Positions 17,146 through 25,361 of a DNA stretch of 64,000 nucleotides are shown here, piece by piece. The stretch is from a virus, in IMG/VR virus record IMGVR_UViG_3300027545_000001, positions 501 through 64,500 of that record; one strand, written 5' to 3'. Both the position numbers and the translations under genes were made by a program. The notes below the pieces were generated by a model. The model was not told where the DNA came from. It saw nothing but the letters and a program-made list of their open reading frames with translations, and ran no database searches. Each line of letters begins with the position of its first letter. Position 1 is the stretch's first letter.

Positions 17146-18432
17146 ATGGAAACACCTACGGAATTTCAGGGCTTGTACTTGGAGCCTGACCAACTAGTAA
17201 CAGACGACAATATCCGATTCGGGCTGAAAGAATCCCGCGTCCAGAGCCTCATGCAGAGTATCCTAGACCGTGGTGGCGTCATGGAGCCGCTTGAAGTAGA
17301 GGCTACCACTAATGGTACTTACAAGATCACAGATGGCGCATATCGCAGGGAAGCTGTAGCTCGCCTCAATAAAGAGCAAGGCGCTGGCCTGCTTCTACCC
17401 TGCATGGTGGTTGATATCAACTCAGGTAAAGAGCGTGTTATGAGGCAGCTAGAGCATAACGGCGAACGCGAGAACATGACTCCGATGGATACCGCATACG
17501 CCATTAAGAAGCTGATGGACATGGGTATCTCGCGCACTGAGATTCGAGGGATGTTCAAGCGGCCTGGAGGAGCTAAGGGTAATAAGATTCAGCCTGCTAG
17601 TAATAGCTTCCTCAACATGATGCTGTGCTACTTGGACCTGCCCAAGACAGCACAGAGGAAGATTCACGAGGGTGACTATGGCGTAGCTGGCGCATACACT
17701 CTCTATAAGACTTGGCTGAAAGATCCTAACCGCATCAATGCCGTGATAGCTGAGCTTGACTCAAGCAGGGCCAAGCTGTATGAGGATCAGGAGAAGGATG
17801 AGGAGCGATATCTCAACTCCATAAAGAAGGTGGAAGAGGTAGAGGCCAAGCAGGTATCACTGGCATCCGAGCTAGAGCAGGCTAAGGCGACAGCAGATGT
17901 GATGTCAGCCAAGTTCTCTGAGCTATCCAAGGTAGAGAATGACGCCTATGCTAAGACTCTTGTCACTGATAAAGCTGAGAAGGATAAGGCCCAGGCAGAA
18001 TTGAAAGAGTCTAAGTCACATAGTGCAGAGGCGCTTAAGGCATTCGAGGAGAGTAAGAAGACTGCGGATAAGCTGGCGGCAAAGCTGGAGACGGCCAAGA
18101 AAGAGGCTGAGAAGATTCGTAATAAGCTGGAAGCCAAGCGCAAGGAGACCAGCAAGAAGAAGAAGGCAGTCACCTCTAAGGATGTGGTTAAGGCTGCTAA
18201 GAAGGTCGGAGTAGAGGACGCTGGCGGCCATGTGCAGTTAAAGCTGGCTGAGATCCGGTCATTCATTAGTGAACTCGCTCTGCCGTCATCACAGCCCAAG
18301 GTACAAGCTATTGGTAAGGCACTGCTGGACTGCATCAATGGCATCACCACAGATAAAGAGTGCATGAAGGCTCTAGCTATGGTGACTGGCGAGACTCCTG
18401 TGAAGAAGGCGAAAGTGGATAAGGTAGCCTAA
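17146..18432 (+). CDS. ParB/Srx-domain protein with HTH-like region and Lys/Glu coiled coil
   Basis: LVTDDNIRF...LMQSILDRGGVMEPLEV...YKITDGAYRREAV (GxxR-type motif); ENMTPMDTAYAI; long K/E/A-rich C-terminal half. Confidence 0.7.
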   Translation: METPTEFQGLYLEPDQLVTDDNIRFGLKESRVQSLMQSILDRGGVMEPLEVEATTNGTYKITDGAYRREAVARLNKEQGAGLLLPCMVVDINSGKERVMRQLEHNGERENMTPMDTAYAIKKLMDMGISRTEIRGMFKRPGGAKGNKIQPASNSFLNMMLCYLDLPKTAQRKIHEGDYGVAGAYTLYKTWLKDPNRINAVIAELDSSRAKLYEDQEKDEERYLNSIKKVEEVEAKQVSLASELEQAKATADVMSAKFSELSKVENDAYAKTLVTDKAEKDKAQAELKESKSHSAEALKAFEESKKTADKLAAKLETAKKEAEKIRNKLEAKRKETSKKKKAVTSKDVVKAAKKVGVEDAGGHVQLKLAEIRSFISELALPSSQPKVQAIGKALLDCINGITTDKECMKALAMVTGETPVKKAKVDKVA

Positions 18433-18668
18433 TGGAAGAGTCCACAATCAGCACATTTCTAGATGAAGAATGCATCAGTTGTCTGGAGGACCCTGACCCA
18501 TCTCATCCAATGGGTTATGACAATTATAAGTGCCCACAATCTAAGCGGTCATGTGGGCACCACTGCAACCACTCGTGGAGCCACGATGAATGCTGCTGGT
18601 GCAATACGGAGTTTGGACCCATAGAAGAAAGCCCCGAAGTTGAAATGGACAGAAAAGTTGGGCATTAG
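18432..18668 (+). CDS. Cys/His-rich hypothetical protein
   Basis: TAATG coupling; CISC, CGHHC and CCWC motifs. Confidence 0.5.
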   Translation: MEESTISTFLDEECISCLEDPDPSHPMGYDNYKCPQSKRSCGHHCNHSWSHDECCWCNTEFGPIEESPEVEMDRKVGH

Positions 18669-18692
18669 GTAGCTCTTCTCCTGTAACACTAA

Positions 18693-18729
18693 GGGCCGGT
18701 CATCAGCCAAGATGATCGGCCCTATTTTT
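18693..18729 (+). terminator. Intrinsic terminator ending the early operon
   Basis: GGGCCGGTCATC-AGCCAA-GATGATCGGCCC followed by TATTTTT. Confidence 0.75.
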
Positions 18730-18736
18730 GTGCCAC

Positions 18737-18757
18737 AAAGTGTAATGATTACACTTT
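18737..18757. repeat. Dispersed palindrome copy 9
   Basis: Perfect AAAGTGTAAT-G-ATTACACTTT at the convergence point; supplies the stop of 18749..18976. Confidence 0.95.
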
Positions 18758-18976
18758 ATTCCTACTCATCCTCATGTAGTACTTAAATAGCATCTTCCAT
18801 ATGTGGCCGTTGTGGTCTAGCCTCTTTCCATCTATACAGTCATATGCCTCCATATTGCCCCCTTGGGTCACAACTGCATAAGTAGCTAGAAGATTATCCA
18901 CCTCAAGGAGATGTACATCTTCCCCTAACCCCCTGTGGCCTCTAGCATTTATGGTGTTAAGTACTCTTATGCTCAT
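18749..18976 (-). CDS. Hypothetical protein
   Basis: ATGA overlap with the upstream gene. Confidence 0.5.
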   Translation of the reverse strand: MSIRVLNTINARGHRGLGEDVHLLEVDNLLATYAVVTQGGNMEAYDCIDGKRLDHNGHIWKMLFKYYMRMSRNKV

Positions 18977-19323
18977 GGCCTATACTCCACACTCATATAG
19001 ACTCCCCCAATCCCCACAGCAAAGCTAGTACCTAGTGCAGTGCGGATGCTGGCAGCATACTCCTCTGTGGTGTGAGTGGACCCAGCAGGCCACACTGGTA
19101 GATCAAGCCAGAATGCAAAGCCCAATGCTGTATGCACTGAGATCGACAGCCCACTCATTAGGTAGTTGATGGTGGGTGTGAATCCATATGTGCTGAGGCT
19201 GAGATCACACACAGTCCTGAGTGCTACGACGAGATCAGAACGTATACCCAAATACTTATTTGGTGTGGTGCCGCCCGCAGTAAGTGACGCTGCTGATAGT
19301 GGTTTCTTCTTCTTCAGTTTCAT
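18973..19323 (-). CDS. Peptidase M15-like protein, apparently lacking catalytic residues
   Basis: Likely start MKLKKKK (ATGA overlap); LGIRSDLVVAL...SVHTALGFAFW...ALG...YMSVEYRP parallels the layout of small phage M15 peptidases (see findings). Confidence 0.4.
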   Translation of the reverse strand: MKLKKKKPLSAASLTAGGTTPNKYLGIRSDLVVALRTVCDLSLSTYGFTPTINYLMSGLSISVHTALGFAFWLDLPVWPAGSTHTTEEYAASIRTALGTSFAVGIGGVYMSVEYRP

Positions 19324-20861
19324 TGATGTGCTCCATACATAATGTAGTCTAGGATGATACTCCAAACTCTTAGCCACCATGCCCATAGGGCCTGCCACCA
19401 TGTGAGTCGCTTAGTCTTCTCTCCCTCGGGAATGGGATACTCAATCTGTTGGTCGTAGCGTGGCTCATTGGGTGAAGGGTGTGGTAGGGTGGGTGTCTCC
19501 TTCTTAGGGGTGTATGTCCAAGTCTGTATCACAGGCTTAGATACCGATGTGGTGGCATACTCAGTTGGGTAGTCTACTGATGGCACAGGCTTGTCTAAGA
19601 AGTCACAAATTCTGAACCAGTGGTATTTATCTCCTTCCTCCATATTCATTAGTAATAAATCCAATGGCCGGTCTTTGAAGTACTCTCGAACTTCTGCATT
19701 GTGACGCCTATATCTAGCTATGAATGTGTCTGGGTGGAAGTTTTTCATACCATAGAGAGCCTTATGTACTCTATGTGTGAATGGGTCATTATCCCACCCG
19801 GATCTAAACTCGTTATGCTCTGTGCTCCAGTGCTTGCGCACACTATTGAGCCAAGCCTGTTCATTCCGAGTGGTTAGGATGAACTTAGAGCCTGGGTATG
19901 CTTTGTCTAACTCCTTATACAGCAATGTGATAGGGAGATCAGTGAGAGCATAATACTCCTCTAATGTGCGGGATCTGCCACTAGTCAACATTTGGTCATA
20001 AATAGCCTTAGCCCAGTGTGCAGACTTCCAATGGGCACTGTCTAGGCCAAGGATCTTGAATGCTTTGTGCAGAGAGGTGGTGGCAGTCTTGTGCATCCCT
20101 ATACCAAAGACTCGGGTAGGGACCGGCCCTAGTATTATTGGTGTGGGATCAAAGTTCCTATAGACAGTACCCATGCCAAACTTGCCGTAGTTGACTATGG
20201 TGTTATCTGCGGCGGCAAGCTCTAACTCATCCTCACCCATCTCAGCCGCTACCCGTGCATGCGGATACTCTCTGAATCGCATCTTGTCATTATGCTTGAC
20301 AGCACTTAGATAAGCTGGGTCTATCTCGATACCCTTGTAGCCTAACCGCCGTAGCCGCGCATTGAAGTCCTTATCGTCATGGCCCCAGGCATCATACTTC
20401 TCATCGTAGCCACCAGCTTTGATGAAGGCATCAGCAGATACAACAATGCGACCACTAATGCCACGATCTAGGACTCCAGGCTGCATCTTAGCCCACATGA
20501 AGATGCCACTATCGAACTTCTTATCTACATGTGCCGCAAAGTTTGGGCCTGTGAAGTTATCTGCATCCAAGTTGACTAGGATGTCGCCACCTTCTAATAT
20601 GCCTAGTCGGTGGGCCATGTTCTTGGCATGGGCCATGTGGAAAGGGCCAGTAGCAAGGAAGTCATAGTACACAAGCCTCCCCGACTCAATGGCGTTCACA
20701 TGGATATTATCTATGTATCCCCGCAGGTCATTTTGGCCTGCTCCATACCCCAGCACCAAGAACTTACAGTTCTTATAGTCAGCATTGTCAGCCAGATTCT
20801 TAGGCAAGGTCTGCTGTAGGTGCTGAGTGCGATTCTTGCATGTTGTACAGAATACTATCAT
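19320..20861 (-). CDS. Glycosyltransferase (GT-A fold) fused to a sulfotransferase-family domain
   Basis: N-terminal CTTCKNR, LVNLDADN and GGYDEKYDAWGHDDKDF; C-terminal VFGIGMHKTATTSL and KFILTTR; Trp-rich terminal helix. Confidence 0.8.
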   Translation of the reverse strand: MIVFCTTCKNRTQHLQQTLPKNLADNADYKNCKFLVLGYGAGQNDLRGYIDNIHVNAIESGRLVYYDFLATGPFHMAHAKNMAHRLGILEGGDILVNLDADNFTGPNFAAHVDKKFDSGIFMWAKMQPGVLDRGISGRIVVSADAFIKAGGYDEKYDAWGHDDKDFNARLRRLGYKGIEIDPAYLSAVKHNDKMRFREYPHARVAAEMGEDELELAAADNTIVNYGKFGMGTVYRNFDPTPIILGPVPTRVFGIGMHKTATTSLHKAFKILGLDSAHWKSAHWAKAIYDQMLTSGRSRTLEEYYALTDLPITLLYKELDKAYPGSKFILTTRNEQAWLNSVRKHWSTEHNEFRSGWDNDPFTHRVHKALYGMKNFHPDTFIARYRRHNAEVREYFKDRPLDLLLMNMEEGDKYHWFRICDFLDKPVPSVDYPTEYATTSVSKPVIQTWTYTPKKETPTLPHPSPNEPRYDQQIEYPIPEGEKTKRLTWWQALWAWWLRVWSIILDYIMYGAHQ

Positions 20862-20893
20862 AAGGTTGGAGGAGTACTGGTACTAGGATACCA

Positions 20894-21343
20894 TTAATCC
20901 TCAGTCTCCTCCTCCTTAGATTTGCTGATGCGGAGTGTATAGCTGGTACTCTTCTTCATGCTAGCCAGTATCACAGCAGGCGCAACACCATTAGAGAGCA
21001 GAAGCTCCTTATCCAGCACTGATCTCTCTGCTCCGAAGTAGCTCACTCGAATGTCATCTAAGAGAGCCTTGCCCACTTTGTGCTTGCCCAGTATATTCTT
21101 AATCTTAGTCTCAAGAGGCTTACGCATCTTAGCCGCCTCTGCTGCCTGCTCCTTCCAAGGCATATCCTCTTCAATGAGTCGCCGCAGTAGGAGAAGGTCT
21201 TTCTTGTCACTGATGAGATCACTAAGCTGTGGTGTCTTCTCTTCTTGGGGTGGGGGAGCGATAGGGTGCTCCTTAGCTACCGGCACCATACTAGGTGCTG
21301 GTGGCGCGGCTTCTTGTAAGCGTTGCTTTAGTTCGTTAGTCAT
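20894..21343 (-). CDS. Hypothetical protein
   Basis: 149-aa ORF in a packed operon. Confidence 0.6.
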   Translation of the reverse strand: MTNELKQRLQEAAPPAPSMVPVAKEHPIAPPPQEEKTPQLSDLISDKKDLLLLRRLIEEDMPWKEQAAEAAKMRKPLETKIKNILGKHKVGKALLDDIRVSYFGAERSVLDKELLLSNGVAPAVILASMKKSTSYTLRISKSKEEETED

Positions 21344-21635
21344 GTGATTTACTCCGTTCTGCTAGTTCTTTGTTGACACAATTCATTGCACTTTCCTTGG
21401 TAAGGAACTCAGAATATCCACAGTATGCTTGACCAACATATGCCTTCCATAACTCGTGCTCTACCCGAGCTGTTCCGACCACAGCGCCCTCCTTGGTTAC
21501 GCATAAATAGGTTTCTGGGAATGACTCAGTTCTATGCAGAGACCAAGTGCAGTCCAAAGAGCTATCTCTGTGTGTAGGTTTTGGTGATCCACAACCAAGG
21601 AACCCTAACATCAATAGCAAATAGGCGTGTCTCAT
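21336..21635 (-). CDS. Putative lipoprotein
   Basis: MRHAYLLLMLGFLG-C lipobox-like leader; AGGAGG RBS. Confidence 0.55.
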   Translation of the reverse strand: MRHAYLLLMLGFLGCGSPKPTHRDSSLDCTWSLHRTESFPETYLCVTKEGAVVGTARVEHELWKAYVGQAYCGYSEFLTKESAMNCVNKELAERSKSHD

Positions 21636-21817
21636 TTATTACCTCCTACTATTTGGGCTGTCACTTCTACTACCACTAACTCCTCTGGCCTGATACTCTT
21701 AGATGCAGACTTGATTGCGTCCTTCTTGTTAGCAAAGAACTCGGTCTCATACTCCTCTAACTCTGCCATAATCCTGGGTATTGTCTTGTTGCGAGTAGTC
21801 ATGAAGTAATGTCTCAT
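21632..21817 (-). CDS. Hypothetical protein
   Basis: GAGGAG RBS; coupled overlaps. Confidence 0.55.
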   Translation of the reverse strand: MRHYFMTTRNKTIPRIMAELEEYETEFFANKKDAIKSASKSIRPEELVVVEVTAQIVGGNK

Positions 21818-21996
21818 TACTCCTCCTCACAGTCTGCTTGTACTTGCTCTAGGGTTTCATAGGGTGGGTCAAAGGGCGGCATGATATAGCCATGGACTCC
21901 AATAGACTTAAGGAATCCAACTATCCTGCTTAGTTCCTTGTCAGTTGCTTCTAATGCTACTTCTACAATTGTCTTAGGACCTTCCGGCGCGGGCAT
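21817..21996 (-). CDS. Hypothetical protein
   Basis: Likely start MPAPEG at 21996 after GAGGAGG. Confidence 0.5.
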   Translation of the reverse strand: MPAPEGPKTIVEVALEATDKELSRIVGFLKSIGVHGYIMPPFDPPYETLEQVQADCEEE

Positions 21997-22012
21997 AACT
22001 ACCTCCTCAGCC

Positions 22013-22040
22013 ATCATACCAAAGTATACCGTGGTGTCAA
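22013..22040 (-). promoter_or_regulatory. Sigma70-type promoter
   Basis: TTGACA-N16-TATGAT with an extended TG on the minus strand, just after the polA stop. Confidence 0.4.
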
Positions 22041-22043
22041 CTC

Positions 22044-23429
22044 TTATTTATCCAGAGATCCCCAATCAGCCGCCGTCACTGCACTGGCCTTGATTGGTAC
22101 TGTAAGTGGAACACATGTCTCGAATCTGTATTTAGTAAGCTCGCCCATCTCCTCTGCCACGTCTTCTCTGCACTCGAATACTAACTCATCATGCACCTGT
22201 AGCAGCGGGTGGACTATATCCTCAAGAGTCTCTATATCGTCATTGATAGCAGCCATAGCTATCTTGAGTATGCCTTGTGCGCCAGCTTGTAATGGTAAAT
22301 TGCCTGCCTCTCTCAGTGCAGCACTTACTACCCACTGTAAGACACTCCTAGCTGCTGTGACATGTAAGATACGCCCCCACATATCATGAATCATGGCGTG
22401 CCGTCTAACATAGATATCATCGGCACGCTGCATCTTAGTAAGTCCTATGTACTTTAGATAGAATGAGTTAATAAGATCAGTACACTTGTTCTCAGTCCAC
22501 ATAGGTATGAACTTACTGCATGTGTGCTTACTGGCGTCTAAGTGGCAGTTATCACATAGTACTGGCATCTGAGCCAGTAACCCGCCACCAGTTACACGGT
22601 ACATAGAAGCTAAGATACAAGTCTTAGCTGGGTACCTGTGCTGCATAGAGTCAACAGTGGGGTAGATCCACTTACCTTTGTCATCTCTGTATCTTTCATC
22701 TTTGAGCTTGAATGCTGTGGTGGCGAAGTCAGAGTAGATGTCCTCTTTATTCCTATAGATAGACATGAGGCCAGGGTCTTGACTCCTATGCGCTGCGACT
22801 CTCATCTCTATCTGACTTAGATCTACTGAGAGATACACCCATCCTTCATCGGTAATAAATCCCTTACGAATCTCCTTGCCTCTGTCTGTTCTAGTGGGCA
22901 TGGCAAGTAAATTAGGGTCTGCACAAGATAGCCTGCCACTGGGTACGCGAGTGGTTCGGAAGTTAGGGAACATGCGCCATGCTCCGAACGAAACCCTCTT
23001 GGCAAGTCTAGGCATTGGTCTGACATAAGTACCCCTTAGTTTCTCAAACTCCTTATATTCCAATAACTTGGGTACTACTGGGTGGTCATGCTGGATAGCA
23101 GTTAGTACCTCATCCTCGACAGACTCTCTATCACCGCTGCTGGTCATCTTAGGCCGTGCCTGCTTGAGACCTAGCTTCTTGAAGAGTAAGTCTGCTACCT
23201 GATCTCCGCTGCCACAGTTGATGTAGTACCCGGTAAGTGCTCTAACATCCTCAGTGATCTGATCCATATCGGATGTGAGTACTGTCTCTAACTTGGAGAA
23301 GTGATCTAGGTCAACTCTGAGGCCACGCTCTGCCATCTTGAGTATTAGTGGCATAGCGTTCATATCTATTCGTTCTGCATTGGCTGGGCATGGGCCATTA
23401 ACTAGCCTTACTCCCCCATAGAGCCTCAT
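22044..23429 (-). CDS. polA: Family A DNA polymerase, polymerase domain only
   Basis: TRVPSGRLSCADPNL; motif A LSVDLSQIEMRV; motif B RYPAKTCILASMY; motif C LLQVHDELVFE. Confidence 0.92.
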   Translation of the reverse strand: MRLYGGVRLVNGPCPANAERIDMNAMPLILKMAERGLRVDLDHFSKLETVLTSDMDQITEDVRALTGYYINCGSGDQVADLLFKKLGLKQARPKMTSSGDRESVEDEVLTAIQHDHPVVPKLLEYKEFEKLRGTYVRPMPRLAKRVSFGAWRMFPNFRTTRVPSGRLSCADPNLLAMPTRTDRGKEIRKGFITDEGWVYLSVDLSQIEMRVAAHRSQDPGLMSIYRNKEDIYSDFATTAFKLKDERYRDDKGKWIYPTVDSMQHRYPAKTCILASMYRVTGGGLLAQMPVLCDNCHLDASKHTCSKFIPMWTENKCTDLINSFYLKYIGLTKMQRADDIYVRRHAMIHDMWGRILHVTAARSVLQWVVSAALREAGNLPLQAGAQGILKIAMAAINDDIETLEDIVHPLLQVHDELVFECREDVAEEMGELTKYRFETCVPLTVPIKASAVTAADWGSLDK

Positions 23430-23578
23430 TTAGAGAATGGGCATTCTTCACCAAACTGAGCATAGTATGTCCTATTCTCCAATGGCCCATAATATAAGAC
23501 ATGAGTTAGGCAGAGCCTACACCATAGTTCATAATCTCGTATTGATTCTCCACAGCAGTCACATCGTGATGTAATCAT
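23426..23578 (-). CDS. 50-aa zinc-finger-like protein between the polymerase halves
   Basis: Hand-translated MITSRCDCCGESIRDYELWCRLC...; starts in palindrome copy 10; ATGA overlap with polA. Confidence 0.55.
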   Translation of the reverse strand: MITSRCDCCGESIRDYELWCRLCLTHVLYYGPLENRTYYAQFGEECPFSK

Positions 23579-23582
23579 TACA
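23570..23582. repeat. Dispersed palindrome copy 10
   Basis: TGTAAT-C-ATTACA core; on the minus strand its TAATG is the stop of one ORF and the start of the next. Confidence 0.9.
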
Positions 23583-23739
23583 GATTCCTCAGTTGCACTC
23601 CGTGCTTGTCTCCATAAGTCAGAAGAAGCTGATAGATAGCTTCATTCCTGAATGGTGACTCAGTGAATACGGCGGGCTTATCTGTGAAGAAGGCCCGGTA
23701 AAGATTGACTAATGGTTGCTTAGAACATACTATCGTCAT
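23578..23739 (-). CDS. 53-aa hypothetical protein
   Basis: Hand-translated MTIVCSKQPLVNLY...; AAGGAG RBS. Confidence 0.55.
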   Translation of the reverse strand: MTIVCSKQPLVNLYRAFFTDKPAVFTESPFRNEAIYQLLLTYGDKHGVQLRNL

Positions 23740-23885
23740 GCTGCTCTCCTTTATAGATTAGGCGCGTCGGTGCTGAGGTTTAAGCACATGTAGCTGTCAT
23801 GAGAGTATGGCGTCCCTCCCCTTAGCTCATGGTCTTGCATGTTGTACCCTTTTGATATCCGATATTTTATTCGCGCGCCCCAATA

Positions 23886-25259
23886 TCATGCTGCTTTATC
23901 TGCCCAGAACTCCTGTGGCCGTCTTCTAACGTTGTGCTCCATCCATTTAAGTAGAGGCCACAGTCTTAATGTGGCGTCTGCATCCCTGCAAGCATAGTGA
24001 ATCACCTTGTCTATTGGGGCATAGGTGATGCACTTCCCAGGCCATGAACCTAGCTCCTTCTCCACCATCTCATGGCACTCATCCCAGTTATCCCAAGCAG
24101 TGAATAAGTCCTTATCAGAGTTCTTATTGAGATCAGTAAAGAACCGCTTTAATTTAGTACTCATACTCTGTGCCTGATATATCTTCCACTTACCATCCTT
24201 GTCTCGTATCATCTCTGCTTCAGGCTTAGGCCACTCTTCTAAGTGAGCCTGCCTGTAGTAGTCCAGCACAAGAGGCTTAGCGTAGGGAGTTACTAAGTCA
24301 TCAAAGTCCTGCATAGTCATCCCTAACTCCCTATAAGCTAGAGCTTTGAGACCCTGTGGCATGTTACCCAGTGAGAACACCTTGACCATAGTGTCTCTGA
24401 TGCGACTATTAGGAAATACTAGCCCCATCTTCTTGACTACTTTGCCGTCAAAAAGCCAATTGTGAAAAAGTATAAGCCCCTTCCATTCACTAAGATACGC
24501 TTGGAAAGTCTCCAGTATATCGATCCTAGATGCCCTGACCAGATATCCCGTCCCTTCCCGGATTGAAAAGGTGAGGCAGAATGGATCTCCTCCACGTTTA
24601 ACCTCCGTATCACATGCCATTAAAGTGTAATCATTACAGCCGCCCAGTATCGAGTGCAGGTGGGCTACACTTACAACCTCTTCATACTCTTCTCTGCCCT
24701 GGTACTTATCCTTGGGCAGCACTAACTTACCTATGATGTACTTACGCAACCTAGTCCAGTCAGTGCGGATGAGTAACATCTTCTTAGGTTCATGGATGCC
24801 ACCCGCCGGGTGGTACATAGGGAATGCCTTGCCCCACATAGTAGTAACTGGCATTCCATGCTGTAACTCAAGGTCTATATCTGGATCAATCGCTCTGCAA
24901 GCGAAAGCCCCCATCGGAATGATGAGGTTAGGCTTGTGTCTTTCAAGATTGGGGTAGAGATGGTGCTCGGCACATGCCTGCAATAAATCACAGTCTGCCT
25001 GCCGCTTAGTATCAAGTTTCCCTTTAGGTCTGTCTGGTAGGCAAGAGATAGCATTGTCAAAGTATACTGAGTCTCTTTTGAATCCTGCGATTGGTAAGTA
25101 TCCACGGTTCACCTCATCTCCTGTCTTGCCCATGAATGGCAGTCCCCGTCTGTCCTCTGTAGATCCTGGGGCTTCACCTATGAAGTGATAGCCGCAGTCA
25201 GCAGGGCCATCTGGTGGCACACAGTTATTCTTGCCTGGACAGAGGGGGCAGCGGCTCAC
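23886..25259 (-). CDS. Uracil-DNA glycosylase (family 4-like) fused to 3'-5' exonuclease (N-terminal part of the DNA polymerase)
   Basis: CPLC, FIGEAPG and MYHPA UDG motifs; Exo I CDTE, Exo II FHNWLFD, Exo III YACRDA. Confidence 0.88.
   Translation of the reverse strand: MSRCPLCPGKNNCVPPDGPADCGYHFIGEAPGSTEDRRGLPFMGKTGDEVNRGYLPIAGFKRDSVYFDNAISCLPDRPKGKLDTKRQADCDLLQACAEHHLYPNLERHKPNLIIPMGAFACRAIDPDIDLELQHGMPVTTMWGKAFPMYHPAGGIHEPKKMLLIRTDWTRLRKYIIGKLVLPKDKYQGREEYEEVVSVAHLHSILGGCNDYTLMACDTEVKRGGDPFCLTFSIREGTGYLVRASRIDILETFQAYLSEWKGLILFHNWLFDGKVVKKMGLVFPNSRIRDTMVKVFSLGNMPQGLKALAYRELGMTMQDFDDLVTPYAKPLVLDYYRQAHLEEWPKPEAEMIRDKDGKWKIYQAQSMSTKLKRFFTDLNKNSDKDLFTAWDNWDECHEMVEKELGSWPGKCITYAPIDKVIHYACRDADATLRLWPLLKWMEHNVRRRPQEFWADKAA
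24626..24638. repeat. Dispersed palindrome copy 11 (intragenic)
   Basis: AAAGTGTAAT-C-ATTACAG; encodes CNDY in the UDG-exonuclease gene just before Exo I. Confidence 0.9.
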
Positions 25260-25361
25260 TTTACCACCCCAAGTGTAGACCCAGCTTGTTTGCTAGGAAT
25301 AAGCCCAGATATACCCAGAGTGTCAGCCCTGTAGCCTCTAGTAGCATATAGAGAGCCTTTC

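Noticed and set aside
23430-23885. Self-splicing intron or intein joining the polymerase halves
   Set aside because: The gap is filled by small coupled ORFs with RBSs; no group I/II intron core or homing endonuclease motif was seen.
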